A DNA stretch of 64,000 nucleotides. Source: Neodothiora populina. Its lineage: Eukaryota. Location of the stretch: contig NW_027191415.1 of the NCBI RefSeq assembly GCF_041146345.1, forward strand, positions 496,001 through 560,000, read 5' to 3'. Shown here in pieces: positions 34,437-46,861 of this stretch (the first letter of the stretch is position 1; each line of letters opens with the position of its first letter). The notes under the pieces were generated by a model. It was not told the origin of the DNA, ran no database searches, and saw only the letters and a list, made by a program, of their open reading frames with translations. The position numbers and the translations under genes are program-made.

Positions 34437-35075
34437 ATGTCTGCCTCCGGAACCTCGTCTGGCTTCCCGATTGCCACCCTTGATGTACGTCAGACACTCT
34501 GTCCCAAAGCTCCACAGCATTTCCTCGATGCTTGATCCTCTAGGCTCATACCTTGCAGACCTCTCTCATTCCCCGCCTGCCTGCCTCGTCACCCACCCTT
34601 TTCGAAGCCAAGAAGAAGAAGAACCTCTCTTTCGAGACCATTGCCAAGAAGCTCGGCCGTGAGGAAGTAGCATGCGCTGCTCTGTTCTACGGCCAGGCGC
34701 AAGCCTCGCCCGAGGACATCAAGAACCTCTCTGAGCTCCTCGAGATCGACCAATCCATCCTTGAAGAGCAACTCTCTGGTTTCCCCGACCGTGGCCGCAC
34801 CATGGAGATGCCTCCCAAAGAGCCTCTGGTCTACAGACTTTTCGAGATTATCCAGAACTACGGCTACTCTTACAAGGCTGTCCTCAACGAGAAGTTCGGT
34901 GATGGCATCATGAGCGCCATCTCCTTCAGTACCAAGATCGAGAAGGAGACCGACGAGAAGGGTGACTGGGCTGTCATTACCCTCCGCGGCAAGTGGTAAG
35001 CTTCAATCCCAGTTTTTGGTCTATGAACATGTTGCACGTGCTGACACCTATAGGTTGCCTTTCTCTCGCTTCTAA
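34437..35075 (+). CDS. CYN1: Cyanate hydratase (cyanase); introns 34485-34558 and 34996-35053
   Basis: [56 protein letters not shown] and TLRGKW|LPFSRF. Confidence 0.95.
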
Positions 35076-35560
35076 TCGACCAATTGCTATATATAATACA
35101 AGTATCAAACGAGGAATATGATCTAAAGTAGTCGAGACTATTGACAGTATGCACCATACATTTTACGATTTCGAGAATGGTGTTCGTAAGCGTATGACAC
35201 AACGAGATGGCTACAATCGCACGCACGTCTTTCGTCTATATCTAGCCCGATTCGGGTACTAAACGACAACATTCGCGATCTGGCGCACCTGGTCGAACGA
35301 CACGCCTTCTTTGCCTCGCATCTCCTCGCATCAATCCTTTTACCAATTCATGCTTCTCAAATACGTTGCGGTAGCCCACTCTCCTTTGTACACGTGATCT
35401 GAGAGTGACTCTCGCCTCTGCATGTCCTCAACGAGATCACCCTCGCAGCGACCAACCCGAGAACTCAACAAAGGTATCGCCCTGATAGCATGACAAGCGC
35501 ACCAAAAAGCAGACGTGATCTGACAGACCCAAAGCTATTCCCAGCTCGTAGTCTTAGACG

Positions 35561-36259
35561 ATGGGCAACAAAACATCCAAACCAGCCTCTCGCCAAACCT
35601 CAGCTTCTTCTACTACCCCCATGACCAATGACATCTCCAATCCGACCACTCCAACACCGCTTCTGACCAACTTCCCCGAGCACACTCCAAGATCAACACC
35701 ACATGGCTCGGCGCATTCTTCAGCTTCCAAGACTGCAAGCTCACCAATGACCCCAGCAACCCCAATCTTCATTTTCCCAAGTCCACTGTGCAACACTCCC
35801 AACGAAATCGTTGTCAGCGGCTTTGCTGGAGACTCGCCTTCCGACTCTCGCTCAGCATCCCTCTTCGGACCACAATCATCTCCCACCCTGCAGACTGGCA
35901 CTCTTGACGAGATCCAGCACATTTCCCAACCGAAGCCTTCACGTCCACATATCAGACATCTATCAGAACTGATAGACCCAGCCATGTTGGTCGACGATGA
36001 CGCAGCCGTCCGCAGCCCAAGTGGTCATATGCTCGATCGACGGGCATACGTAGAAAGGGAGGACCGTCCCCTGAGCATGAGAGAGAGGCAGGAGAGGGTA
36101 AGGCACCAAGTAATGCTCCAAAGAAGCCAAGGCAACCTCCGCGAGATGGCTCTGGCTACGAATGCGTCGCAAGATGATGCTACGAAAAGACCAAGCACCC
36201 TTATCGTAACCGGCAGCGTTGGCAAGCGCAAGAAGCGTTGCACTTGTTTTGGAACTTGA
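35561..36259 (+). CDS. Hypothetical 232-aa protein with predicted N-myristoylation and a C-terminal polybasic/Cys motif
   Basis: MGNKTS start; S/T/P-rich body; conserved-looking core IRHLSELIDP..VRSPSGHML..DRPLSMRERQERV; ends KRKKRCTCFGT. Confidence 0.75.
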   Translation: MGNKTSKPASRQTSASSTTPMTNDISNPTTPTPLLTNFPEHTPRSTPHGSAHSSASKTASSPMTPATPIFIFPSPLCNTPNEIVVSGFAGDSPSDSRSASLFGPQSSPTLQTGTLDEIQHISQPKPSRPHIRHLSELIDPAMLVDDDAAVRSPSGHMLDRRAYVEREDRPLSMRERQERVRHQVMLQRSQGNLREMALATNASQDDATKRPSTLIVTGSVGKRKKRCTCFGT

Positions 36260-36960
36260 GCGGTTCTTGATCACAGATCTAACACGACTCCCCTAAAAAA
36301 TGCTTGTGATTAGTTGGACTGACCCTACCACGAAAATCGACGCTCCTGCACGATTTCTAGGCTTAATGGCACCTATTATCTGGTAATGAGCTTGGAAAGA
36401 GCTTGGAGAGCACGGCGTATCGTAAGTCGTTTTGTATACATGGCATTCTCGGGAAGGAGACGGTTAGTACGGTGGCTTACCATAGAGAAGCCACCAATTT
36501 CTCTGCCTAATCAAGGACCATAGAGACTTCTTGGTCAAGCATGTACGAATAGAAATCTTTGTCCTACAGGTCAAATTCGCCACTCGGTGCTAACGTTGTC
36601 TTTCCTTGACTTTGGTGTACTGCCACGTTACTTGTGTAGCACTTTCCTGTTTTGCCGGTCTGATCTTCTCACTTTAGGCACCTGCTTCCTTTCCCATTTC
36701 TTCTCTCCACATCACTTCACTTTCTACATCAACTTCCATCCACTTCTTTTCCATTCAGATCCTAATCTATCACCACGCTTACCACACTAAAAGTTGCAAG
36801 CTCAAGACACACATCCACTCAAAACTCTGAGCTATGTTGATCAACGCCATCTTCATCATCCTCTTCTCTATTGCCTTCTGCATCATTGGTCAGAATTACG
36901 AGAACTAAAGACCATAAAACATTACACATCTGTAGTCAAGGCACTGCTTCCACAGTCGAG

Positions 36961-38419
36961 ATGGCGGAACCCGCGATGCCCACTGTCGGGTGCACTTACA
37001 AAGGCTGCGCCCGCCTCTTTGACACAAAGCAGGACATGATCGACCACAAACGAGCACAAGTCGATCATCCTTACTACTGTAAGATCTGCAGAATGGACTG
37101 CATCGACTGGGAGGATTCCCTCAATCACAAGGTACACGAAATGTTAATCTCACTTGAGCTGCGACGGGACTATAAGGACCCCCAGAACAAGAGGGTCTTC
37201 AAGCACATTGTTTGTGAGTTCTGTGGTCTGGATTTCAAGAGTCTCGGTGGCAGAGATCTGCACAAGAAGAGGGTAAGTCAACAAAAGTGTCACAGCATCT
37301 TTCCATGCCTGACTAGCAGCTTTCCAGGAGCATCAAGCAGACCAACAAATCGAGTGCCAGGGATCTGGCCCAGCATGGGACGATGGCCTTAAAAAGATGA
37401 CATTCCAACGATGCAAAGGAAATTTTGCTAGAGCTTCTCAGTATATCCATCACATCGAGGGAGGATACTGTAAATTCCTCAAGCATTCCCAGATCGAGAC
37501 TGAGCGCCAGCAGAAGCATATCGTCAAAGAGATACTCAAGGATCCCGAAAGATTTGCTGCGAATCTTCAGGGCCACAAAACACTTGCTGGCGAGTCACGC
37601 AGACAAGGCTTGCTTTACCAGAGCAGTAACCTTGACGATGATGAGGACTCTGAGCCGGGTGGCGGCGGTGTCTTACTGATAGACACAGACGACACTATCA
37701 GCCAGACTGGCATTCGTTGTCTCGAGCCCGAGATGGACACCGCCGAGATAGACATGGTGAACTCCATGGAAAAGCTCTCCACCAATTCACCCAGTGGTCC
37801 CAGTCCGGTGACAACTGACAAAAATTTAGTTCGGGGTGGCGTGTGGGCCGCAAGCAACACCACCAGTACCTTGTTTCCAGATGCCAAACCAAATACATCG
37901 GTTGAACGTGACTGGCAGGCTATCCAAGCTTCTCGCGATCGCACTCGAATCGAGGATGATAACTCCAACCTCATGTACTCGCGCTTCTGGGACCCTAGTC
38001 ATCACGACTACAAGACCGATCTTTTTCGCACTGGTACACTCGGCCAATACGAATGTCCCTTTCCCGACTGCATCGCAGAGTTCCTCATAGCTAGTGACAT
38101 GACTTCTCACTTGCGCACTTTTCACCTGCAAGTAGCCAAAAGGTGCACAGCCTGCAGCCGTAGCTTCAAGAGCCTCACTGGGCTTCTGCAGCATTTCGAG
38201 AGTAGCGCCAGCGGACGGAGGTGCAGAATCGCCAACTCTGACATGTACGAGAAGGTCTTGCACGAGGCCACCGGAGGCTTCTTGTCGGTCACAAAGCTTG
38301 CGAGTGAAGCAATCTGCGGCTCTGGCAAGGATGACGGAAAGGCAAGCACAGCCGGAGTACGTGATCATGAATACAAGTCTCAGCTGCCAGCATCACGTCC
38401 GGGACAGAAATTGATATAA
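36961..38419 (+). CDS. Multi-C2H2 zinc finger protein; intron 37273-37327
   Basis: CTYKGC..H, CKIC..H, CEFC..H, CPFPDC..H..H and CTAC..H fingers. A GTAAGT..TTTCCAG intron joins the two ORFs in frame. Confidence 0.85.
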
Positions 38420-38547
38420 CCTATTGTCTTGGGACAGCCATGGTATCAGAAGCAGAGGCGGAGTGAGGGGTTTTTCTATTTCTTATGGCGTTCACGGGGG
38501 AGTATGCTTAACCACTCAGTGATCAAATCAGGTATCTCGAGGGCTGA

Positions 38548-38646
38548 CTTGCTCAAGGTGACTTGCAATAGCTCAGTAGCAGGTATATTCTAAGCTGGCG
38601 ACAGGCCTTGCTTAACATGACTTCACAATAGCTTAGTAGCAGGTAT
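38548..38646. repeat. Imperfect direct repeat, 2 copies of about 40 bp, period about 59 bp
   Basis: CTTGCTCAAGGTGACTTG-CAATAGCTCAGTAGCAGGTAT versus CTTGCTTAACATGACTTCACAATAGCTTAGTAGCAGGTAT. Confidence 0.8.
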
Positions 38647-38728
38647 TCCTTGGGACAGTGACAATTTGAAAATGGAATGCATTTATCATAAATGAGTTTC
38701 TACTTGTGACACAATGCAAGAATATGAT

Positions 38729-40026
38729 CTACCAAGCAATAGTCTTGCCAGTCTTCGAGCTCTCGACAGCCATCTCGATGATCTTGAGCACGTCAGCCGC
38801 CTGGTCGGCGTCGACGGGCACGGGACCCTTGCCCTGCAGCGCCTCGCCGAGCAGACGGTAGTACTCGACGTATGTCGGCGGCGTCGCCAGCGAAGGGTAC
38901 GTCTCGGTCTTGAAGGTGTCGGTTGCGGGCTCGTGGAGAGTAAGAGTGGCTTTTTTTTCATGGGAGTCAGACTGGTCATTGTTCTGCAGTAGCAGCAGGG
39001 AGGGAGAAGGAGGGACGGCCTCGAAAGGGGATAGAAAAAAAGCAAGAACTCACCGAAGCGGTTCTCGGGCTCGATTGCGAAGCCCTTGTCGCCTGGACGT
39101 TGGCCTTCGACGAGTTGGTCTTCTTGAGGGTCGAGGTAGTGCTGTTTAGCTCACGTATCAGTACATTTCTTCGGCTTCGGGTGATAAAGTCTATTGGCAA
39201 AGGAAAGCGAAACAAAGCTCACCTTGAGGAAACTGCCCTTGGTACCCCTGACCCAATACCTCAGCGTCGGGCCCGCAGAGATAGTAGACGCCTTGATCGT
39301 GACAAGCGTCTCTGAGCCTTCCTCGCCATATCGCAACAGAACCGTGCAAGCGTCATGCGGACAGTCTGCCGTCTTCAGCCCGCGCTTCTGCACCTGCAAG
39401 ACGGCATACACGCTCTTGGGCGCGCCGTAAAGCGAATACACCTGATCGATCAAGTGGGGGCCGAGATCCCACAGCGCGCCCGAAGCAGGCGAGTCGGCGA
39501 CTGCCTTCCACGCCTTGGCCGCACTCGCATCTTGCGGGGGTTCGGGTCTGAAGCGGTCGAAGTGCGACTCGAACTCTGCGACTTCGCCGAGCGTGCCTTT
39601 GGCCAGCACTTCCTTCAGCGTCAGGAAGTCGAGGTCCCACCGCCGGTTCTGGTACACGCTGAGATGCAGCTTCTTGGACTTTGCCAGGGCGGACAGAGTG
39701 CGTGCTTCGGCTTCGGTTGGCACGAACGGTTTCTCCACGAGCACGTGTTTGCCCGCGTTGAGGGCGGCGCTGGCGAACGGGAAGTGCGTTGCTGGTGGCG
39801 TGGACACGACGACTAGGTCTACGGCGCTGTCGGCCACGGCTTCGTCGACGGTCTTGAAGACTTTGGTGCCTGGGTGGTCGGTCGCTGCTTGGGTCGAGTT
39901 GCGCTGCACGACTCCGTAGAGGTTGAAGGTCTCGGGCAGGGCGAGGATGAGTGGGATCTGGAAGATCTTGGCTGATAGGCCGTAGCCGATGACGACGGCG
40001 TTGATCTTCCTTGCGGCGGCCGACAT
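38729..40026 (-). CDS. Gfo/Idh/MocA-family NAD(P)-dependent oxidoreductase; introns 39142-39222 and 38950-39053
   Basis: VIGYGLSAKIF, GKHVLVEKP, YQNRRWD, LWDLGPHLIDQ and HYLDPQEDQL. The ORF track extends upstream to 40188, but the likely start is MSAAARK at 40026. Confidence 0.9.
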
Positions 40027-41145
40027 GCTGGGTTGTTGTTTGGGACCGCCTAGGTGTTCGGGGAGTATGCCTGCGTCGAGTTGTTTCCACGTTTCACGGA
40101 GTATAGAAGGGGGATGCAGAGAGACACGATCACTCATAGATATATGTATTGCAAGAAAAGGAAGAAGAGAAGAAGACGAAATGACCAAGATGAATGAGAT
40201 ATATATCCACAGCCGCTCGTCTTCCTGTCTTTCCTTGGACCTTCTCTGTCTCTCGTCCCAGGATAATAATAGCCAACAAACGGGCGATTGTTGTCCGGGG
40301 CTAATTGTTACCTACTTGAGTCACTCCGACTTTGCAGAAACAATACACGCGATCATCTCACTTTGCGATCCACACGGTAGACGAAGTCGGCGTTCAGAGG
40401 GAAAACAATGGACAAAAAGTGTATCTCAGATGGGTCTGTCTACTGCGACTTTGGCTGAATGTGGTCCGGAAGTGAGTGGTTCAGGGTCCTGTAGCGTATG
40501 CAGACCCGGCTTAGTGCTGGCTTGTACCTTCCTCGTGAAGTTTTTGGGATAGCAGCAGAGAAAGAGTGGAGAAACGTCCAGAGACGTCCCCCTCCTTGCC
40601 CCTCGTCCCCACCATCAGCGTCGGCTGCCGGCGACGGGAGAAACCAGCAACCACGCGACGACAGTGGAAGCTGGCACGCTACGTATTGCTGCGAATGTGG
40701 TGGTGCAAGTGCATCATAGCAAGTCGAGAATGGGCAAGATATGCCGAGCGGGTGGGACTCACCCCGCTCGGCAGTGTCAAGGATTCCCCTACGATCTGCA
40801 ACACGATACCTATGACAACCGGGACTTGGTCACGTTGTGCGTCACGTCAAGTAACGACTACACTAGGCCGACCCTGGTTGGCAATATACGTTGTTTCATG
40901 ATTAATCAATTCAGTCGCCGGCGACGAGCGGGTGGTATGATTCCAAAAGACCCCCCGCGTTCCTAGCGACGAGTACTTAATGGTGAGGTGAGCCCAAGTC
41001 CACAAGAACCAATTCCATCCAATTCGTGAAGAGTAAAACAAGAAAAAGGGATATCAGCGGTATTCACATATCCAGAACAAAAGCTCCCTCTTCCAATGAC
41101 GGGCTATAAAAGACATGCACTTTGTCCTTGACAATGTCTCCATCT

Positions 41146-42551
41146 CTACCAGGTGAGGATGGGCTTGACGGTCTCGCCAGTCTTCATCTCAGCCAAGCCC
41201 TGCAAGAAGTCGTCGGCAGGCATGAGCTTGCATAGCTTGTCGAAGGGGAACTTGCCCTCTCGCCACCATTGGATCATCTGGGGAATGTATTGGTCAGGCT
41301 TCGAGTTACCCTCGACGGCACCCATGAGGATCTTGCCTCCAACCATAAAGTTGAAGACGGGGAGCTCGAGCGCGAAGTCTGGAGGTGCAGTGCCGACCTG
41401 GACGATTCTGCCTCCCATTCTCGTCTGCTCGACTGCGTTCTTGATCAAGAATGGCACACCAGTCGTCTCAATGGTGATGGACGGACCAACACCGTCGCCG
41501 AGTTCCCGCATCACGTCGATGATGGTCTTGCCCGCGGGAAGCTTGCTGGTGTCGACAACATCAGTGGCGCCGAACTCCTTGGCTGCCTGCAGTCTGGATT
41601 CGACCATGTCGATACCGATGATCTTTCTGCATCCGGCGATCTTTGCTGCCATGATGGCAGCCAAGCCGACACCACCCAGTCCTTGGATGGCTATGACATC
41701 CTTGGGTTGAGCTTTGGCGACGTTGATCACGGTACCGCTACCAGTCTGGATACCGCAGCCAAGAGGTGAGAAGAGTTGTAGTTCCTCCTTGCTCTTGATG
41801 ATGTTTGTGGCGTTGACGACGCTGTGGTCGCTGACTACACTGTACTTGGCGAAGGAGGACTGGCCGAAAAAGCGACCCGACATCTCAGACTCGGCCTGGG
41901 TGTCATTCCCGTCGACTGTCTCGCTGGTGAAGCAGGGGCTTTCTCCAAAGTTTCGCTCATTGAACTCGTAGCAGAGCGAGGGGGTATCGTTCTGACACGT
42001 CGCACATGTTTTGCAGTGATCGAACGAAAGCAGGACAGCATCGCCAGGCTTTGCGACTGTAACTTTGTCGCCAACAGCCTTGACGTATCCGGAACCTGTT
42101 GTTGTTGTTGTTGTGTTAGTGTTTTATGCTGTGTAACATTTGCCCGCATAGTGCGGGGTAGGAAGTGGGATGGAGGGGTCCAAAGTTTAAAAAACAGCTT
42201 CGGTAAGTCTACTGCATAACTGCATTGTGATAACGTACCTTCGTGACCCAGGATGCGAGGGTAGTATGCCATTGGAGGGTTGGCAGGCATGGAGCCGAAG
42301 ACGACATCAGTGTGGCAGATGCCACTCGCTACCATCTCAACGAGCAGCTCGTTCGACTTGATGGGTCTGGTTGTAACTGTTTCCATCTTCCATCCTGCCC
42401 AGTGTGTGTCAGTCAAATGGCTAGACTGTGTACAGACTACGAGGGGCTATCTCTGCATATTTCCAGCTGAGAGTGGGATTTTCATACCTCCATTAGGCAA
42501 GGTGTCGCGGGCGACAATGGCCTTGCCAGTCATTCGTAAAGGTGAAGCCAT
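41146..42551 (-). CDS. Zn-dependent medium-chain alcohol dehydrogenase (aryl/benzyl-alcohol dehydrogenase-like); introns 42395-42487 and 42096-42238
   Basis: GICHTD, GHEG|SG, structural-Zn C-x2-C-x2-C-x7-C, FFGQSSFA, PLGCGIQTG and GLGGVG. Confidence 0.92.
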
Positions 42552-44289
42552 TTTGGTAGCAAAAGTCCTGCTGGCCTGTCTTAGTATCGATGCCATTGTA
42601 ACACCACTGATATCAATTATGTTTCCCAGGAATAGAGCACACTATTGCCGATAGGAGGAAAAAGTAAAGGAAAGGTTAAGCAATTTACAATTCAATTATA
42701 AGTATTGGAATGGAGGGAGCAGGGGTATATGACTGATTATCCTCTCAAACTAATTGGACAATTAATCTTTTTTCTTCGAGTAGATTGTACTACTGTATGT
42801 GGAAAGTGATGACAGTGGTGGTGTGAGTGTTGGAGTAGCCTGTTGAGCTGGGTCGATATATTGAAATTGGGGGTGATGACTGACGCCTCGAGAGAAAACT
42901 CGAAGGATTGGGGGGTTTTAATACGTCGAATCACTGCACCTCGGCCGTGATAACACGATATACCACGCTACAGCACGGGACACACTACCACCTGCGCCAG
43001 GTAAACATCGTCAAAGCAAGCCCCCAAACCCTGAGCTCTCTCCGAGGCGCAGTGACACTGACTTCCCAAGTCTGGATCGCGAACCGATTGACAGTAGCAT
43101 CTCCAAAACAGGGTCAAGCCCCCCTTGCACATTTCGGGATACGGATCGGCACGGAAGACTTCCGTGGGGGGGATTAAACTATGCGGGGTATGGGGAAGGT
43201 TCACGTAGGATCCGCAGCTTCCTGCTTCGGCAACTCGACATGTCGAACACGGCTCTCTGTTCGAGGCAAAAACACTCGACCATTTGTCTCTGTCTCCAAG
43301 AGTTTGAGTCGAGAAATTGTAACAATCCCGCGCGTGGAAGCGAGCATTTCACCAGAAGCACCCACTATCGCACGTGAAGGAAGGCGCTACTTCGGATCTG
43401 GTGATCCAACAACGAGTGAATCAGAGCCAAGAAAAAAAGCACAGATGCTTAGCAAGCACGCAAAGAGGGAAAAAAAAAGGGCCCGCGCTCGCTGGCTGCA
43501 CAACAGCACATCCGGCCAATGGTCGGGGATGTCTTTGTTGTGACCCAATGTGGCCGGTGCATGGGAACAGGTACTTGGACTGCAGATGCACGCACGCCTA
43601 ATCAGTTCAGATTCGAACACGATATCCAGATGAGATCCTCAACAACGGTGGGAAAGCTCGGATGTACTATACTGCAACCGCACTGTATGCCTCACAGCTA
43701 TCAAGCAGGGCCGAAGGACGATCAAACCCGAGAGAGAGTCGAGCTCCGTCCTGTCCGTCCGTCTGCGCATGCAAATGCATGACGAATGCCGAAGCCGACT
43801 TGTTCCTGAACCATGCCACCCCCGTCAGATTAAGCTGGAAAATGCAATTCATCTTATCGGCCACACTTCATTACTGTACTGTACAGTATTACTAGCCACA
43901 ATTATCTGAACAATACATCCAAGTTTATTCCCAAACCGCGAGAATTCTCCGTAGGCTACAGTAACACTGATGCACGTTGCTACTCATGATTTTTCTCATT
44001 GCCCATGTATGACTCGGTAGGCGCAGCGGATCAACATTTGTTGCTCGGCATATCGGACTTGGTTCGTGTGATCAGGATTAATAGCCCCGCAGTCGTTGAT
44101 GGGGTAGATTTAAGCCCCTCTATCATAGTAAACTCAGGCATATCGCATACTATATTTCGGATAATATCATATCATATCGGAATTGAGGGCCAGGATGGCG
44201 CTCCTGACCCGACACGTGTCTTTCCATTCCTATCTCTGTGCCTCGATCCGAAATCCCATGTGTGTGCCTCTTGTAAATAGCCTCAGCTC

Positions 44290-46302
44290 CTACGCTTTGT
44301 TCAGTGCAGCGACGGCTTTGGTCACTCTTTCTAGAGTGGCATCCAATAGCTCGAGCTCCGCTAGTCTTGCTGCAGCACTTCCTGAATCCTCAAAGACATC
44401 CTTCAGCTTACCACCTTCCTTGCTCTCTTCCCTGAATCTAGCCGCCGCGACCCTCAAAGGATGCAAGAAGGATCCACCGACATCGTTGTTGTTGTTCAGA
44501 TTCCCAATCGCCAAAGTCTCGTGCAGATGGGGCGCTGAAAGTAGCAGGAAGTAGAAGTTCAGTGTGGCCATGTAGAAGCTCAGACTTTGCTCAAACTGCA
44601 TGTAACTCTCTGCGATATCAGGCGAGGTGAACTCGCGCGTCAGATCGGGAAAGAGGAATGGTGCAAGTGAATCTAATGCCACTGGCGTTGCAAAGACTAA
44701 TGCATTACCATCCCCCTGGTCGTGCGAGACACCCGGTGGGTTGGCCTCAACGGTCTCGCCTTTGATCCACGAGACAGCGCCTACCTTGAGGTTCTCGAAC
44801 GGACAGTTTTCTAATGTATCGCGGATAAAGGCCAACCGTTCGACATCGCTAGGATTCGATCTCAGAATCGTAGAGGCGAGGTAAAAGGCGTGGTAACGAA
44901 GGCTTGGCGATGGGGCATTAGATGAGATTAGTGACAGATACTGAAGATACTGGTTGAACTGCTCGTCATCGGCGGGTTCACCGACTTGGTTGGCTTCAAC
45001 GGCAAGGATTCCAAGGGCAAGGAGTGCATCCAGTACAGCTTCGGGCTCTGTGCCTACCGTAGCGCCCATCTCTGGCGATTTCGAGACAAAGGTCCCAAGG
45101 ATTCTGTGATGATCAGGGAAGATGCTGATGTGATCTGTATGCTTGGGAGTGGCATAAAGCACTGTTCCCGCGTTAGCCGCAGTGAATAGGAACAGGGAGC
45201 CAACTTTAGCAAGGGGAATATCCGTTGCTGCAGTCGGAGGCTCATCTTCGCGTGTGCGATCTCCGAAGCTTCCGCTTTCGTCACTGTATATCGCGGGAGC
45301 TAGATCCTCTGCCTTGATATCAAGATCCCTCGAGAGAGCGATCAACTCTCCCACGGCAGTCAGGCGTGTCTTCATGCCTTCGTCATCCGAGAACAACTCG
45401 GTGGTTGACGTTCTTCCGGGGACAGTGCGCTCAGGATGCATCCTTTCCTGCAGGCGGCTGCACCAGGCAAGGCCTGGAGCGTCGAGATCAGACGAAAACG
45501 TAAGCACATATTCCTCAAGCAAATGTGTGATGAAGGAATAGACTAAACGCAACTGCATGTCCGCCTCACTACGGGACGGGCCATCGGCGGAAACGTCAGG
45601 TTCTGGATCCGGGGCCGAAACTGCGGGAGTTGGTGCGAGTAGGTTCAGACTGCTCTTCCTCGGGGGCAGCATTGGACGCTTGTTCCCCGCGGGTGAAATC
45701 GCCTTGACGAATTTAACCGCAGCATTGACCAGCTCCTCTCTGTGGCTGACTGCGTTAGAAAAGGCAGCCAACACGGCCTGGAGAGAAGTGGACAGGAAGC
45801 GGCTGGGATATTGCGTCTTGATTCGCGGATGCAAAATGGCCAACATCGATAACAGACTGGTGAACTGCATGACAGGAAGCGGAAGCGGCGGAGGGATTTC
45901 CGCCGCCTGGGTGACTGAAGACGAGTCACCGTGAGTGGCGGCATCAACATGACCAACGACAGGCTCGGTCCTGGCTGGATGTTTTTGCTGCTCGTCTTCC
46001 GAGTCTGGTGCGAGGCCTTCAAAGTCAATCAAGCGCAGAGCTTCTGTGACCTTCAGAATCACCTCTCGCGGGTTGCCAAGGCGTGCGATATCCTGCAGGC
46101 ATTGCTCCGAGTCCGGCAGCAGCGGCATGAGCAAGTGGACAAGATCCCATCCGATGTTAGTCGTGAGCTGCTCGTCCTGCAAGACTTTGTGAAGGGTGGG
46201 GAGATTCTCCTGCGTGAGCTGGTACTCGACAATGGTAAGATATGTCAGGTAGTCAGATGCCGGAGGTAGGGCTTTGACCAGAGGACTGTCTTCTTCAGAC
46301 AT
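44290..46302 (-). CDS. Ybp1/DUF1760 (YAP-binding/ALF4/glomulin-like) protein
   Basis: 670-aa intronless helical protein with DYLTYLTIVEY, IGWDLV, IARLGNPREVILK, RIKTQYPSRFL and CPFENLKVGAVSWIK motifs. Confidence 0.78.
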   Translation of the reverse strand: MSEEDSPLVKALPPASDYLTYLTIVEYQLTQENLPTLHKVLQDEQLTTNIGWDLVHLLMPLLPDSEQCLQDIARLGNPREVILKVTEALRLIDFEGLAPDSEDEQQKHPARTEPVVGHVDAATHGDSSSVTQAAEIPPPLPLPVMQFTSLLSMLAILHPRIKTQYPSRFLSTSLQAVLAAFSNAVSHREELVNAAVKFVKAISPAGNKRPMLPPRKSSLNLLAPTPAVSAPDPEPDVSADGPSRSEADMQLRLVYSFITHLLEEYVLTFSSDLDAPGLAWCSRLQERMHPERTVPGRTSTTELFSDDEGMKTRLTAVGELIALSRDLDIKAEDLAPAIYSDESGSFGDRTREDEPPTAATDIPLAKVGSLFLFTAANAGTVLYATPKHTDHISIFPDHHRILGTFVSKSPEMGATVGTEPEAVLDALLALGILAVEANQVGEPADDEQFNQYLQYLSLISSNAPSPSLRYHAFYLASTILRSNPSDVERLAFIRDTLENCPFENLKVGAVSWIKGETVEANPPGVSHDQGDGNALVFATPVALDSLAPFLFPDLTREFTSPDIAESYMQFEQSLSFYMATLNFYFLLLSAPHLHETLAIGNLNNNNDVGGSFLHPLRVAAARFREESKEGGKLKDVFEDSGSAAARLAELELLDATLERVTKAVAALNKA

Positions 46303-46861
46303 GTTGAGAGTGTTATATTCTGTAATAAATTGCGGAGGAGATGAGTCTAGCGTCTCGTCCAGATTGGTCTGTCAGTCACAGAGGGAGGAGGTTTCTTGTG
46401 TTGGTAGGTGTTTAGGTTGATACATGTGCAAGCCGCACACATGGCTCGGGGAAAGCTCGTATTGGGGAGCTTGGAGTCTCAGCTTGAATCCACCCCACCC
46501 CACATGTTTCATCATATGCCCACGTTTCAGAGATTAATGATTGCGTGCAACGCACATGATTGGACGAGGGTGACGCGTTCTTCGCGAAAAACAATATAAT
46601 TATGACCTGCAGCTGCTTAAATAATGGCTCTGAATTGAGCTCGTCTACTGATCAGTTAATTACGTGCTTTGTTCTTGTCTCTATTGTACTGTACTGTACA
46701 TCTGTAGAAAGGTCTGTACAGATTGGTTTCCCAACTCCTCATAGGTCTCCCCCAATCGTCAAAACGTATATCTCGTACCATGATGAACACCAATCCATAT
46801 GCAATATTGCTTTCCGAGTTCCAGGGTGCTTCATAAATCCGACCTACCACACTTCTTGTGT

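Noticed and set aside
34437..35075. Possible cyanase-carbonic anhydrase detoxification cluster; SRF C-terminus as a PTS1
   Set aside because: No carbonic anhydrase nearby. SRF is a weak PTS1 variant and part of the ordinary cyanase C-terminus.
39353..40090. 245-aa Arg/Pro-rich alternative-frame ORF
   Set aside because: By-product of high GC3 in the Gfo/Idh/MocA CDS.
38729..46302. Oxidoreductase + ADH + Ybp1 as a redox gene cluster
   Set aside because: Only adjacency; I saw no shared motif or pathway logic.
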